A stretch of DNA of 64,000 nt from Gemmatimonadaceae bacterium (GTDB lineage Bacteria > Gemmatimonadota > Gemmatimonadetes > Gemmatimonadales > Gemmatimonadaceae). Shown here piece after piece: positions 28,781 through 39,003 of the stretch (position 1 is its first letter; every line of letters begins with the position of its first letter). The notes under the pieces were generated by a model. That model was not told the origin of the DNA, did no database searches, and saw only the letters and a program-made list of their open reading frames with translations. The position numbers and the translations under genes are program-made. Where the stretch lies: contig JBBDYC010000005.1 in NCBI GenBank assembly GCA_040901985.1, positions 69,592 through 133,591 on the forward strand, in the 5' to 3' direction.

Positions 28781-30085
28781 TTACCCGGTGGTCGGAGACA
28801 CCTGCAACCGCGACATCGCGTCGCCCACCGTGTGGAACGACCCCGTCACGAGCACAGTGGCCCCGCGCGCCGGCGCCAAAGCGAGGGCAGCGTCGAAATC
28901 CGCCAGCAGTTCGGCGCTCCACCCCGCGCCGAGGGCGAACGCCAGCGCCTCGGCCGGATTCCACGCCCGGCTCGCCGGCGCGGTCGGCGCGTTGGTCAAC
29001 ACGAAGTGGCCGACCACGGGCGCGAGCGCGCGAAGTATCCCCCGCCAATCCTTGTCCCCGAGCACGCTCACGAGCGCACAGACCGGCCCCGTTGGCTCGG
29101 TGGCCCGGAGCGTCTCGGCCGTCGTCGCCGCCCCATCGGGGTTGTGCGCGACGTCGAAGATCCAGGCCCCGTGCTGCGAGAATCGCCCGGGCAACCGCAC
29201 CCCGCGCAACGCCGGCAGGTTATCGGCCACCGGCCGCCAGAGGTCGGCGGGCAGGGCGTCGAGCATCGTCAGGGCCACCATCGCGTTGTTGGCCTGGTGG
29301 CGGCCGGCGAGGCCAGACGCCACGTCGAACCGGTCGTCCCCGCGCACCCAGGTGAAGCGCGTTCCCGCCCCGGTGACGCGGATGCCGTCGGCGTGCCCCT
29401 CCTCCGAGACGATGCGAATCGGTGAGCTCCCGAGCCGCCGCGCCTCCGAGACGAGGATTGCGGCGATTGCGGCGTCCGGCTCGCCGACGACGGCCGCGCG
29501 ACCCGGCTTGAAAATCCCCGCTTTCTCCGGGGCAATCTCCTCGCGCGTCGTGCCGAGCCACTCGGTATGGTCAATCCCGATTCCCGAGACGCCCGCGACG
29601 AGCGGCAACACGGTGTTGGTGGCGTCGAGTCGCCCGCCAAGGCCCGTCTCCACCACCGCCACGTCCACGCCGGCGTCCGCGAAGAGTTGGAAGCCCATCG
29701 CGGTGGTGGCCTCGAAGAAGGTGGCCCCCAGCCGATCCACCGCCGGGGTCCACCGCTCGAGGAAGCCGGCGATCGCTGCGTCGTCCACCGGGCGCCCATC
29801 CACGAGGAACCGCTCGCGAAAATCCACGAGGTGCGGCGACGTGTACTTGCCGACCAGGAGCCCGCGGGCGCGGAGCACGGCCTCCAGCATCGCGCAGACG
29901 CTCCCCTTCCCGTTCGTACCCGAGACGTGGAGCACCCGCAGTCGGCGGTGCGGGTCGCCCAGCTCGGCGAGGAAGGCTTCCACGCGTTCGAGACCGAGCT
30001 TCCACTGTCCTGTCGTGCGGGCAAAGAGCGCGTCGAGCGCGGCCCGGTACGCGCCACTGCGGTCGTCGCTCAGCTGGACGCCCAC
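28781..30085 (-). CDS. folC: Folylpolyglutamate/dihydrofolate synthase
   Basis: HVSGTNGKGS, YTSPHL, FFEATT, ETGLGGRLDATN, DVAHN. Start GTG 30085 inferred. Confidence 0.93.
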   Translation of the reverse strand: MGVQLSDDRSGAYRAALDALFARTTGQWKLGLERVEAFLAELGDPHRRLRVLHVSGTNGKGSVCAMLEAVLRARGLLVGKYTSPHLVDFRERFLVDGRPVDDAAIAGFLERWTPAVDRLGATFFEATTAMGFQLFADAGVDVAVVETGLGGRLDATNTVLPLVAGVSGIGIDHTEWLGTTREEIAPEKAGIFKPGRAAVVGEPDAAIAAILVSEARRLGSSPIRIVSEEGHADGIRVTGAGTRFTWVRGDDRFDVASGLAGRHQANNAMVALTMLDALPADLWRPVADNLPALRGVRLPGRFSQHGAWIFDVAHNPDGAATTAETLRATEPTGPVCALVSVLGDKDWRGILRALAPVVGHFVLTNAPTAPASRAWNPAEALAFALGAGWSAELLADFDAALALAPARGATVLVTGSFHTVGDAMSRLQVSPTTG

Positions 30086-30933
30086 CCCATCGCGGCGGGT
30101 TTGCCGCTCATATGCCGCAGGAGTTGACCCACCGTGCGCTTGAGCTGCTGCCGATGCACGACGCGGTCCACCATCCCGTGGGTGAGCAGGAACTCGGCGG
30201 TCTGGAATCCCTCCGGGAGGTCCTGGCCCAGCGTCTGCTTGATCACCCGCGGACCGGCGAACCCGATGACCGCGCCGGGCTCGGCGAGGATGGCGTCGCC
30301 GAGCATCGCGTAGCTCGCGCTCACGCCCCCGGTGGTCGGGTTGGTCAGGATGGACACATACGGGATGCGCCGTTCGGCCAGCTGGGCGAGCATCGCCGAG
30401 CTCTTGGCCATCTGCATCAGCGAGAGCACGCCTTCCTGCATCCGCGCGCCGCCGGACGCCGACACGATGATCAGCGGCCACTTCTTCTCGAGCGACCGCT
30501 GGCCGAGGCGGGCAATCTTCTCGCCGACCACCGAGCCCATTGACCCGCCCATGAAGGCGAAGTCCATCACGCCGACGTTCACCGGGACCTGGTCCATCAG
30601 CCCGGAGACGGTGAGGATCGCATCGTGCTCGCCGGCGTTGGTCAACGCCTTCTTGAGCCGCGCCGGATATTCGGGAAACCCGAGCGGGTCCACCGAGGTG
30701 AGTTCGACGTCCTTTTCGTCCACCGACCCGTCGTCGAGCAGGATCGCGACGTACTCGTGCGCCCGGATCCGGCGGTGGTAGTCGCAGCTCGGGCACACGT
30801 TGAGGTTCCGGACGAACTTCTCGCGGATATCCGTGTGCCCGCACGCCTCGCACTTCTCCCAGACGTCGGGTGGGATCTCGAGGCGCTTCGTCCGCGGCTG
30901 GCGCGGCTTCTTGTCCTTCCGGAACCAAGCCAT
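30070..30933 (-). CDS. accD: Acetyl-CoA carboxylase carboxyltransferase beta subunit
   Basis: W.KC..C...CP.C zinc finger, FMGGSMGSVVGEK, SGGARMQEG, GFAGPRVI. Confidence 0.97.
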   Translation of the reverse strand: MAWFRKDKKPRQPRTKRLEIPPDVWEKCEACGHTDIREKFVRNLNVCPSCDYHRRIRAHEYVAILLDDGSVDEKDVELTSVDPLGFPEYPARLKKALTNAGEHDAILTVSGLMDQVPVNVGVMDFAFMGGSMGSVVGEKIARLGQRSLEKKWPLIIVSASGGARMQEGVLSLMQMAKSSAMLAQLAERRIPYVSILTNPTTGGVSASYAMLGDAILAEPGAVIGFAGPRVIKQTLGQDLPEGFQTAEFLLTHGMVDRVVHRQQLKRTVGQLLRHMSGKPAAMGWASS

Positions 30934-30958
30934 AGGGGGAAAAGTGGCCCGGAGCGCC

Positions 30959-32209
30959 TTATATCACCAGCCCGTCGGCCCGGCCGCGCCCCTCGGCCGA
31001 GACGAGGACCAGGATTCCCACCGCCATCCAGCAGGAGAGCATGAACGACCCGCCGTACGAGAAGAACGGGAGCGGGATGCCGGTGATCGGCATCAACCCG
31101 ATCGTCATCCCGATGTTGATCACGATGTGGGTCAGCCACGCCGCGGTGAGCCCGAAGGCGACCAGCGACGCAAAGGGGCTCGACGCGCGGCCGGCGATCC
31201 GGACGGTCCGCAGGAGCAGGACACAGAAGAGCGCGAGGACGACCGAAACGCCGAGGAAGCCAAACTCCTCGCCGACGACCGGGAAGATGAAGTCGGTGTG
31301 CTGCTCGGGGAGGAAGGCGAGGCGCTTCTGCGTGCCCTGCGTGAACCCCTTGCCGATGATGCCGCCGGAGCCGATGGCGACCTGGGACTGGATGAGGTGA
31401 TAGCCGGAGGCGCGCGGATCGCTCGAGGGGTCGAGGAAGACGAGCAGGCGGCGCTGCTGGAACGGGCTCAGCCGTTCCCAGAGCACGGGCGCGACGACCC
31501 CCATCGCGACGTTCGCCCCGATGAGTGCGGCGCCCTCGATCCACGTGGGGCGCTTCCAGGCGACAAGGGCGAGGAGGAGGAGGAACCAGGCGCCCCAGAG
31601 ACCGGTGCTGAAAGCGAGGATGAGGCTCACCGCCGGACTCGCCGCCATCACGAGGAGCGGCCAGGAGACGCCGCTCCAGAAGAGCATGGCGAAGAAGATG
31701 CCGACGAAGACCATCCCGGTGCCGAGGTCCGGCTGGGCCATGATGAAGAGCCAGGGGACGAAGACGATCAGCGCCGGCCGAACGAGCCCGAACAGCGACG
31801 TCGGTGCGGCGCGCTGCCCGGAGAGGACGCGGGCGAGCATCAGCACCACCGCGATCTTTGCCAACTCCGATGGTTGGCCGAGCCGGATACCGCCGATCGC
31901 GAGCCAACTCTTGGTGCCGGCGGCGGTCCCCGCGCCGACGCCGATGAAGAGCAGGAGGAAGAGCAACAGGGTCGCGCCGAGGAAGGCGGGGAGCGCTGCC
32001 CACTCGACGAACCGCACCGACGCGCGGCTGATCACCCCGGCCGCCGTGACGCCGAGCACGAACCAGACGACCTGGGTGCGCCAGAGCCCCTCGACGAAGG
32101 TCGGCACGTCCGTCTGCCCCGTGGAGTAGATCATCGCGATGCCGAACGCGGTGAGGAGCGCGGCGAGGGCGACGAGCGGCCAGTCGGCGGGGATGGCGCG
32201 GCGGCTCAA
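30959..32209 (-). CDS. rodA: Rod shape-determining SEDS protein
   Basis: QPSELAK, QPDLGT, GYHLIQSQ.AIGSGG, LPEQHTDFIF, PITGIPLPFFSYGGS; follows mrdA. Confidence 0.95.
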   Translation of the reverse strand: MSRRAIPADWPLVALAALLTAFGIAMIYSTGQTDVPTFVEGLWRTQVVWFVLGVTAAGVISRASVRFVEWAALPAFLGATLLLFLLLFIGVGAGTAAGTKSWLAIGGIRLGQPSELAKIAVVLMLARVLSGQRAAPTSLFGLVRPALIVFVPWLFIMAQPDLGTGMVFVGIFFAMLFWSGVSWPLLVMAASPAVSLILAFSTGLWGAWFLLLLALVAWKRPTWIEGAALIGANVAMGVVAPVLWERLSPFQQRRLLVFLDPSSDPRASGYHLIQSQVAIGSGGIIGKGFTQGTQKRLAFLPEQHTDFIFPVVGEEFGFLGVSVVLALFCVLLLRTVRIAGRASSPFASLVAFGLTAAWLTHIVINIGMTIGLMPITGIPLPFFSYGGSFMLSCWMAVGILVLVSAEGRGRADGLVI

Positions 32210-33981
32210 TCGCCCTCCGTCGCCGGCATGGCGACGACCCGCGCCTTGAGGTAGCGCTCGATGATGCGCGTCGCGAAACGCGCCGCGCGCCCGCCGGACC
32301 CGCCGAACTCGAGCATCACCGCGACGACAATCTGCGGATCCTCGGCGGGCGCGTAGCCGACGAACCAGGCGTGATCGTTCACGGCGTCCTGCGCGTTCTG
32401 CGCGGTCCCCGTCTTTCCGGCGACGACAATCCCCTCGAGGCGCGACCTTACGGCCGTCCCCCGCCCGACGACATCGGTCAGCGCCAGCTGGAGGTCGCGC
32501 AGTTGCGCCGGCGTCACCGCAAAGAGCTTCACGCGCTCGGCCTGGCCGCGGACGACCTCCGGTCGGGCGGCGTAGCCGTCCGTCGCCAGCGCGGTATAGA
32601 AGCGGGCCATGCTGACGACCGTCTGCGAGTTCTCTCCCTGCCCGATCGCCAGGTTGAGGCTCACAGCGGCGGTCCATCCCTGCGGCCCGAACAACCGGTC
32701 GTAGTACGCCCGCGCCGGGTCGGTCGGGAAGAGCGGCCGTGACTCGGCCGGCAGGTCAATCCCCGAGCGTTCCCGCGTCCCGAGGCGGATTCCCCCCGCT
32801 ACCAGCCTCTGCACGCCCAGTTTCAGCGCGAGCTGGTAGAAATAGACGTCGCACGAGACTTCGATCGCCTGGGCAAGCGTCGTCCGTCCGTGTCCCTCCG
32901 GCTTCCAGCAGCGGAACGGCCGGTTCCCGAACTGATAGCTGCCGAGGCACGGCGTCGTCATCTCGTCGTCGATCGCCACGAGCCCCTCCTCCATCGCGAT
33001 GATCGCCGTGGCGAGCTTCCAGACGGAGCCGGGAGGATAGGTGCCCTTGATCGCCTTGTTGTAGAGCGGACGTCGTGGATCGTCCTGCAGCTGTTGCCAA
33101 TACGAGCGCGGGATCCCGCCGATGAAGCGGTTCGGGTCGAAGGTCGGCGCCGAGTGGAGCGCGAGCACCTCGCCCGACCGCGGCTCCATCGCCACCACGC
33201 CCCCGATCAGCGTGTCGCCGAACAGCTCGTGCACGAAACGCTGCAGGTCGAGGTCAATGTTCGTGTAGAGCGGCGGCGGCCCCTCGGGCGCAAGGTCCTC
33301 CCGCGCCTGCTCCCGAACCACACGCCCGCGCGCGTCCACTTCGACGAACCGGACACCCTCCCGCCCACGCAACCGCGTCTCGTACTGACGCTCGATCCCG
33401 TCCTTGCCGATCTGCTGGCCGGCCTTGTAGTGCTGGTACGGCGCGAGCGCCAACTCGGCCTCGCTGATCTCCCCGGTGTAGCCGACGAGCGCCGAGACCG
33501 CCGGCCCGTCGGGATAGAATCGCTTCGGCGCCGACTGGATGATCAGCCCCGGGTACTCGGTGCGCCGCTCCTCCAGCACCGAGACCAGCTCGAACGGCGC
33601 ATCGCCGAACAACACCGTTGGACGCATCGGTTCGCGGCGGAAGCGCCGCACCGCCGCGCCGACCTGCTCGGGCGTGACCGTCACCACCGCACCGATCCGC
33701 CGCATCATCACGCGCAGCGAGTCCTCGTTCCGGGCCAGCAGCGAGATCGCATAGCCCGGCAGGTTCTCGGCGATCACCTGGCCGTTGCGGTCATAGATCA
33801 CGCCGCGCGGCGCCGGCAGCGGGACCTCGCGGAGGCGGTTCTCCTCCGACTTGAGCGCGTACTGCGTGCGCCGGAGCACCTGCGTCTGGAAGAACGACCC
33901 GGCGAGAAAGAGGAAGCTCAGGAAGACGAGGGCCGACGCCACCCGCGCGCGCCGCTGGACCTCGTTGGGCTGGAAGCTCAT
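32206..33981 (-). CDS. mrdA: Penicillin-binding protein 2
   Basis: APRG.IYDRNG, YPPGSVWK (SxxK), SCD, KTGTAQ; lies in the mre operon. Confidence 0.95.
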   Translation of the reverse strand: MSFQPNEVQRRARVASALVFLSFLFLAGSFFQTQVLRRTQYALKSEENRLREVPLPAPRGVIYDRNGQVIAENLPGYAISLLARNEDSLRVMMRRIGAVVTVTPEQVGAAVRRFRREPMRPTVLFGDAPFELVSVLEERRTEYPGLIIQSAPKRFYPDGPAVSALVGYTGEISEAELALAPYQHYKAGQQIGKDGIERQYETRLRGREGVRFVEVDARGRVVREQAREDLAPEGPPPLYTNIDLDLQRFVHELFGDTLIGGVVAMEPRSGEVLALHSAPTFDPNRFIGGIPRSYWQQLQDDPRRPLYNKAIKGTYPPGSVWKLATAIIAMEEGLVAIDDEMTTPCLGSYQFGNRPFRCWKPEGHGRTTLAQAIEVSCDVYFYQLALKLGVQRLVAGGIRLGTRERSGIDLPAESRPLFPTDPARAYYDRLFGPQGWTAAVSLNLAIGQGENSQTVVSMARFYTALATDGYAARPEVVRGQAERVKLFAVTPAQLRDLQLALTDVVGRGTAVRSRLEGIVVAGKTGTAQNAQDAVNDHAWFVGYAPAEDPQIVVAVMLEFGGSGGRAARFATRIIERYLKARVVAMPATEGD

Positions 33982-34469
33982 CGCGGCCGCCGCTGTTCGA
34001 GCGCCGGCCGCACCACGGCCATCACCGCGAGGCCGACAATCGCCGTCACCAGCGCAGCCAGTGGCGTCCAGAGGAAGAGCTGCGCCACCAACCCCAGCCC
34101 CCCGAGCCGTCCCTCGGCGAGGAGGTAGATCAAGTCGAAGACGGCCTTCCCGACGAAGATGAAGATGGCGTTCAGCAGGAGGTCGTCGGCGAAGAACGCC
34201 GCCTTGAGTCGCGAGGCACCGAAGCCGACCAGCGTCATCGCCAGCGCCGCCGCGCCGAACGCGTCGGGGGACATCGCGTCGGTGAGGAGCCCGAGGGCGA
34301 AGCCGACCAAGGCGGCGGCACCCGGCCGGACCCGGACGGCGATGATGAGCATCCCAATCACCAGGAAGTCCACCCCGGCGCGCCAGTCGAGCAGCGGCCG
34401 CAACGTGAAGTGCAGGGCGACGAGGGTAGTAAGGATTGCCGTGGCCATCAGCGTACGGGAGAGTCTCAT
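33978..34469 (-). CDS. mreD: Rod shape-determining protein MreD
   Basis: Hydrophobic 163 aa protein with GF.LGLL.D, between mreC and mrdA. Confidence 0.88.
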   Translation of the reverse strand: MRLSRTLMATAILTTLVALHFTLRPLLDWRAGVDFLVIGMLIIAVRVRPGAAALVGFALGLLTDAMSPDAFGAAALAMTLVGFGASRLKAAFFADDLLLNAIFIFVGKAVFDLIYLLAEGRLGGLGLVAQLFLWTPLAALVTAIVGLAVMAVVRPALEQRRPR

Positions 34470-35413
34470 CGCGGCTCCGTCCCGGCGCTGTCCGGGGGCG
34501 CGCTGTCACTCCGCGCGCGATCCGCAGCCGCAGCCACGCTGTCGGCAGCCGCCCGCACGCGCCGCAGCATCTCCTGCGCCGCCGGCTCCCAGACGCTCTC
34601 GACCCCCTCGGCGCTCCGCTCCGGCGAGAGAATCATCACCGCCGTGACGTCGGCCGGGCGCACCGTCGGCCGCACCAGGTACGAGCGCGCCCAACTGGTG
34701 CCCCGGCGCAATTCGCGGACCACCGTTCCGATCAGCAGCCCCCGCGGATAGACGCCACCGAGCCCGGAACTCACGATTGGCGATCCCGCCCGCAGCGGCG
34801 CCCGATACGGCACGCCGTGGAGCTCGAGCAGGTAGCGATCGGCGCCCACCCCTCCGTGCGCGCTGACGATCCCGAAGGAACTCCCGTCGAGACTCACCGC
34901 GCTGACGCGGAAATCGGGATGCGGCCAGGTAATCGCGACGCTCGTGGTCGGGTCCACCTGCTGGACCATCCCGACGAGCCCCTCGGCGGTCACGACGGCG
35001 CTGAGCGGCGAGACCCCCTGCACCGCGCCGGCGGAGAGCAGCAGGGTGTGCTCCTCGCCGAGCCGCCGGCCGACGAGCGCCTCGGCCGGCACGTACCCCC
35101 AGCGCAAGGCCCGCCCGAGTCCGAGCAGCTCGCGCAGGCGGTCGTTCTCCGCCGTGACCGCCTCGAGGCGTTGCGAGCGGGCGACGACACTGTCGGCGAC
35201 GACTCGCAGGCTGTCATTGAGGACGAGGGTGGAGCGGGCGCGGGCCGCGCGCTCCTGCATCGCCGCCAGCGGTCCCAGCAAATTCCCCCGGATCGCCCCC
35301 GCGACGGCGTCGCGCGGGCCGTCGGGGAGGATCAACAGGGTCAGCGCGAGGAGGACACACCCGATGGCGACGACCGTATCGGCCCGCGAATCGCCGCGAC
35401 TTCCGCGAGGCAC
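34466..35413 (-). CDS. mreC: Rod shape-determining protein MreC
   Basis: TM anchor, ENDRLRELLGL, GLVG.V, SSGLGGVYPRGL.IG.V. Confidence 0.93.
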   Translation of the reverse strand: MPRGSRGDSRADTVVAIGCVLLALTLLILPDGPRDAVAGAIRGNLLGPLAAMQERAARARSTLVLNDSLRVVADSVVARSQRLEAVTAENDRLRELLGLGRALRWGYVPAEALVGRRLGEEHTLLLSAGAVQGVSPLSAVVTAEGLVGMVQQVDPTTSVAITWPHPDFRVSAVSLDGSSFGIVSAHGGVGADRYLLELHGVPYRAPLRAGSPIVSSGLGGVYPRGLLIGTVVRELRRGTSWARSYLVRPTVRPADVTAVMILSPERSAEGVESVWEPAAQEMLRRVRAAADSVAAAADRARSDSAPPDSAGTEPR

Positions 35414-35426
35414 GAGTCGCCGTCCG

Positions 35427-36464
35427 TCAGGTGCTCAACACCGACCAGTACTTCGCCTCGTCATCGAGGATCCGCCCGGTCCCCCGTACGACACAGGTCA
35501 GCGGATCCTCGTCCACGTGGATCGGCAACCCGGTCTCCTGCGTCAGCAGCACGTCGAGCCCGCGAATCAGCGCGCCGCCACCGGTCATCACGATCCCGCG
35601 GTCCACGATGTCCGACGCCAGTTCCGGCGGCGTGATCTCGAGCGCGCGGCGCACCGCATTGACGATTTGCTGGATCGGCTCCTGGATCGCCTCGCGGATC
35701 TCCGCCGAGTGCACGCGCACGGTCTTCGGGATCCCCGAGACAAGGTCGCGGCCCTTCACCTCCATCTCCCGCTCCTCACCGAGCGGCGCCGCGCTGCCGA
35801 TCTGGATCTTGATCTGCTCGGCGGTGGGTTCGCCGATCAGCAGGTTGTAGCTCTTCCGCATGAACTGGACGATGCTCGCGTCGAGCTCGTCGCCACCGGT
35901 GCGGATGGAGGTGTCGGAGACGATACCCGAGAGCGCGATGACGGCGATCTCGGTGGTCCCGCCGCCGATGTCAATCACCATATTCCCGGTCGGCGTCTCC
36001 ACCGGCAGGCCGACGCCGATCGCCGCCGCCATCGGCTCGGCGACCATGAACACCTCCTTCGCGCCGGCGCCGAGCGCCGAGTCGCGCACTGCGCGCCGCT
36101 CCACCTCGGTGATCCCCGACGGCACGCAGACGATCACGCGCGGCTTCACCTTGAACACGTGGTTCTTGATGATCAGCTCGAGGAAGAAGCGCAGCATCTT
36201 CTCGGTGACGTCGAAGTCGGCGATCACGCCGTCCTTCATCGGCCGCACCGCGATCACGCCATCGGGCGTGCGGCCGAGCATCCGCTTGGCCTCGAGGCCG
36301 ACGCCCAGGATCCGCTTCGTGTCGCGATCAATCGCGACGACCGACGGCTCGTTGAGGACGATGCCCTGCCCCTTCACGTAGATGAGGGTGTTGGCCGTCC
36401 CGAGATCCACAGCGATCGCATTCGCCGGAAGGAATCCACCAGAGGGAAAGAACGGCCACTTCAT
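35427..36464 (-). CDS. mreB: Actin-like rod shape protein MreB
   Basis: [35 protein letters not shown]. Confidence 0.98.
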   Translation of the reverse strand: MKWPFFPSGGFLPANAIAVDLGTANTLIYVKGQGIVLNEPSVVAIDRDTKRILGVGLEAKRMLGRTPDGVIAVRPMKDGVIADFDVTEKMLRFFLELIIKNHVFKVKPRVIVCVPSGITEVERRAVRDSALGAGAKEVFMVAEPMAAAIGVGLPVETPTGNMVIDIGGGTTEIAVIALSGIVSDTSIRTGGDELDASIVQFMRKSYNLLIGEPTAEQIKIQIGSAAPLGEEREMEVKGRDLVSGIPKTVRVHSAEIREAIQEPIQQIVNAVRRALEITPPELASDIVDRGIVMTGGGALIRGLDVLLTQETGLPIHVDEDPLTCVVRGTGRILDDEAKYWSVLST

Positions 36465-36573
36465 CGTAAACGGATGCTCGCGGGTGGGGACTCGAAGGAC
36501 GGCTCAGGGCGGGCCCGAGCGACTCACGCGCTAAAGTTAGCACGGGGACGGCGCCCCAGCAGTAACGCACCTC

Positions 36574-37689
36574 TCATTTCACGAACTGCCCCGGCTCGTG
36601 AAAGTCCATTCCGAACGCCTCGGCCACGCCCTGATAGGTCACCTTCCCCTCGACCACGTTCAGCCCCTTGAGGAGGGCCGGGTCCTCGCGGAGCGCCTGC
36701 TTCCAGCCCTTGTTGGCCAGCCGGAGGGCGTACGGGAACGTCGCATTGGTCAGCGCGAGGGTCGAGGTGCGCGGCACCCCGCCCGGCATATTGGCCACGC
36801 CGTAGTGGATGATCCCGTCCACGGTGTAGACCGGGTTCTCGTGCGTCGTCGCCTTGATCGTCTCGACGCACCCACCCTGGTCAATCGCCACGTCCACGAT
36901 GACCGCACCGGGGGGCATCAACTTGAGGTCCTCCCGACGGATCAGCTTCGGCGCCTTGGCCCCGGTCAGCAACACGCCCCCGACCACCAGGTCGGCCGTG
37001 GAAATCGCCTCGAGGATGTTCTGCCGGTTGGAGAAGATCAGCTGGACGTTGGCCGGCATCACGTCGCTCAGGTAGCGGAGGCGCGGGAGCGACGTGTCGA
37101 GGATCATCACCTTGGCGCCCATCCCGGCGGCCATCTTCGCCGCGTTCACGCCGACGACGCCGCCGCCGAGGATCACGACCTTGGCCGGGGGCACGCCGGG
37201 GACGCCGCCGAGCAGCACGCCGCGGCCGCCGTAGAGCTTCTCGAGGTACTTCGCGCCCTCCTGCACCGCCATCCGGCCGGCCACTTCCGACATCGGCGTC
37301 AGCAGGGGCAGCTCGCGTGAGGGCAGTTCCACCGTCTCATAAGCAATGCAAGTCGCGCCCGACTCGAGGTGCGCCTTGGTCAGCGCCTCGTCCGCCGCGA
37401 AGTGGAAGTACGTGAAGATGGTCTGGCCCTTCTTCATCCGGGGCCACTCGACGGCAATTGGCTCCTTGACCTTGATGATCATCTCGGCCGCCTTCCAGAC
37501 CTCGTCGGCGGTCGGAAGGATCTTCGCGCCGACCGCCTGGTACTGGGTGTCGCTGAAGCCGCTGCCGTCGCCGGCGCCCTGCTCGACGAACACCGTGTGG
37601 CCGGCGGCCACCAGGGCTTCGGCGCCGGCCGGAACGAGGGCCACGCGATTCTCGTTCGTCTTGATCTCCTTCGGGATACCGAGCTTCAT
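36574..37689 (-). CDS. ald: Alanine dehydrogenase
   Basis: G.PKEIK.NENRV, KVKEP, PMSEVAGR, DVAIDQGG, ANMPG.VP.TST.AL. Confidence 0.96.
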   Translation of the reverse strand: MKLGIPKEIKTNENRVALVPAGAEALVAAGHTVFVEQGAGDGSGFSDTQYQAVGAKILPTADEVWKAAEMIIKVKEPIAVEWPRMKKGQTIFTYFHFAADEALTKAHLESGATCIAYETVELPSRELPLLTPMSEVAGRMAVQEGAKYLEKLYGGRGVLLGGVPGVPPAKVVILGGGVVGVNAAKMAAGMGAKVMILDTSLPRLRYLSDVMPANVQLIFSNRQNILEAISTADLVVGGVLLTGAKAPKLIRREDLKLMPPGAVIVDVAIDQGGCVETIKATTHENPVYTVDGIIHYGVANMPGGVPRTSTLALTNATFPYALRLANKGWKQALREDPALLKGLNVVEGKVTYQGVAEAFGMDFHEPGQFVK

Positions 37690-37699
37690 AAACGGCAGA

Positions 37700-37727
37700 T
37701 GGGAGGTGTGAGGTGGGAGGTGTGACG
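37700..37727 (-). repeat. Heptamer tandem repeat (CCTCMCA-like x4 on coding strand)
   Basis: Plus strand TGGGAGG TGTGAGG TGGGAGG TGTGACG. Confidence 0.8.
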
Positions 37728-37734
37728 TGGACGG

Positions 37735-39003
37735 TCAGGTCGGGCCGAGGCGGACGATGGTCTGTTGGTCGGCACCGTAGAAGTCCCGGCAGACCGATTG
37801 CACCTCACCCGTCGTGATCGCGTCCACGCGGGCGAGGACTTCGTCGAGCGGGCGGTACGGCTCGTCGTAGAGCTCCACCGCGGCGGCGCGGTACATCCGC
37901 GACGTGACGCTCTCCATACCGAGCGTGATCTGGCCCTTCAACTGCTGCTTGCCCATCGCCAGCTCCTCGTCCGACAGGGCGGCGAGCTGGAGCAGCGAGA
38001 GTTCGCTCCGCACCACCCGCAGCGCCTCGGCCACCTTCTCGGGGGCGCAGCCGAGGTAGATGCCGGACATCCCGGCGCTGGCGTGGAAGCTCTGGAACGA
38101 GTGCACGGAGTAGGCGAGCCCAAGGTCCTCGCGCACGCGCTGGAAGAGGCGCGAGCTCATCCCGCCGCCGAAGAGCGCGTTCACCAACATCAACGGATGC
38201 CGGCGCGGGTCGCCGTAGGGCACGGTCGCATTGCCGAGGACGAGGTGCGTCTGCTGGATGTCGCGCTCGACCGAGCGGTCGCTCGGCGCGGGGACCGTCG
38301 GCACCGGCACGGCCGGGAGCGGCGGCTCAGTGCCGCGCGGCAGGTCAAGCCACCCCGCCGACGCCATCACCTCGAGCAGCCGCTCGTGCGTGACGTTTCC
38401 CGCCGCCGCCGCCACGATCTGGTCGGGCCGATACGCGCGCCCGTGGAGCGCCCGCACGTCGTCGAGGTCGAGCGCGCCCACGGTCTCCGGCGTGCCGAGG
38501 ATCGAGTAGCCGAACGGGTGCGCGCCCCAGAGCTGCTCGCCGTGGAGCTCGAAGACGATGTCGTCCGGGGTGTCGTCCACCATCGCGATTTCCTCGAGCA
38601 CCACGCCGCGCTCGAGCTCGAGGTCGGGGCGGCGCAACGCCGGCCGAAACATCAGGTCGAAGACCACGTCAACGGCCTGCGGGAGATGCTCGTCGAGCAC
38701 CCGCGCCTGGAAGGCGGTGTGCTCGCGCCCGGTGTACGCGTCGAGCGACCCGCCCAGCGACTCAAGCGCCAGCGCGAGTTCCCTCGCGCTCCGGCGCTCC
38801 GAGCCCTTGAAGACCAGGTGCTCGAGGAGGTGCGAGACCCCCATCTTCTCGCGCGATTCGTGGAGCGAGGCCGCGCGCACCCAGGCCCCGAACGCCACCG
38901 ACCGCACGCCCGGCATATGCTCCGAGAGTACGGTCAGTCCATTCGGCAGGACGGTCCGTTGCACGCCGCGTTCCGCGGCGACCGCGACGGACGCGTCGGT
39001 CAC
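37735..39003 (-). CDS. M16 family zinc peptidase
   Basis: HLLEH inverted zincin motif, GGGMSSRLFQ.VRE..GLAYSV; usual position downstream of pnp. Confidence 0.93.
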   Translation of the reverse strand: MTDASVAVAAERGVQRTVLPNGLTVLSEHMPGVRSVAFGAWVRAASLHESREKMGVSHLLEHLVFKGSERRSARELALALESLGGSLDAYTGREHTAFQARVLDEHLPQAVDVVFDLMFRPALRRPDLELERGVVLEEIAMVDDTPDDIVFELHGEQLWGAHPFGYSILGTPETVGALDLDDVRALHGRAYRPDQIVAAAAGNVTHERLLEVMASAGWLDLPRGTEPPLPAVPVPTVPAPSDRSVERDIQQTHLVLGNATVPYGDPRRHPLMLVNALFGGGMSSRLFQRVREDLGLAYSVHSFQSFHASAGMSGIYLGCAPEKVAEALRVVRSELSLLQLAALSDEELAMGKQQLKGQITLGMESVTSRMYRAAAVELYDEPYRPLDEVLARVDAITTGEVQSVCRDFYGADQQTIVRLGPT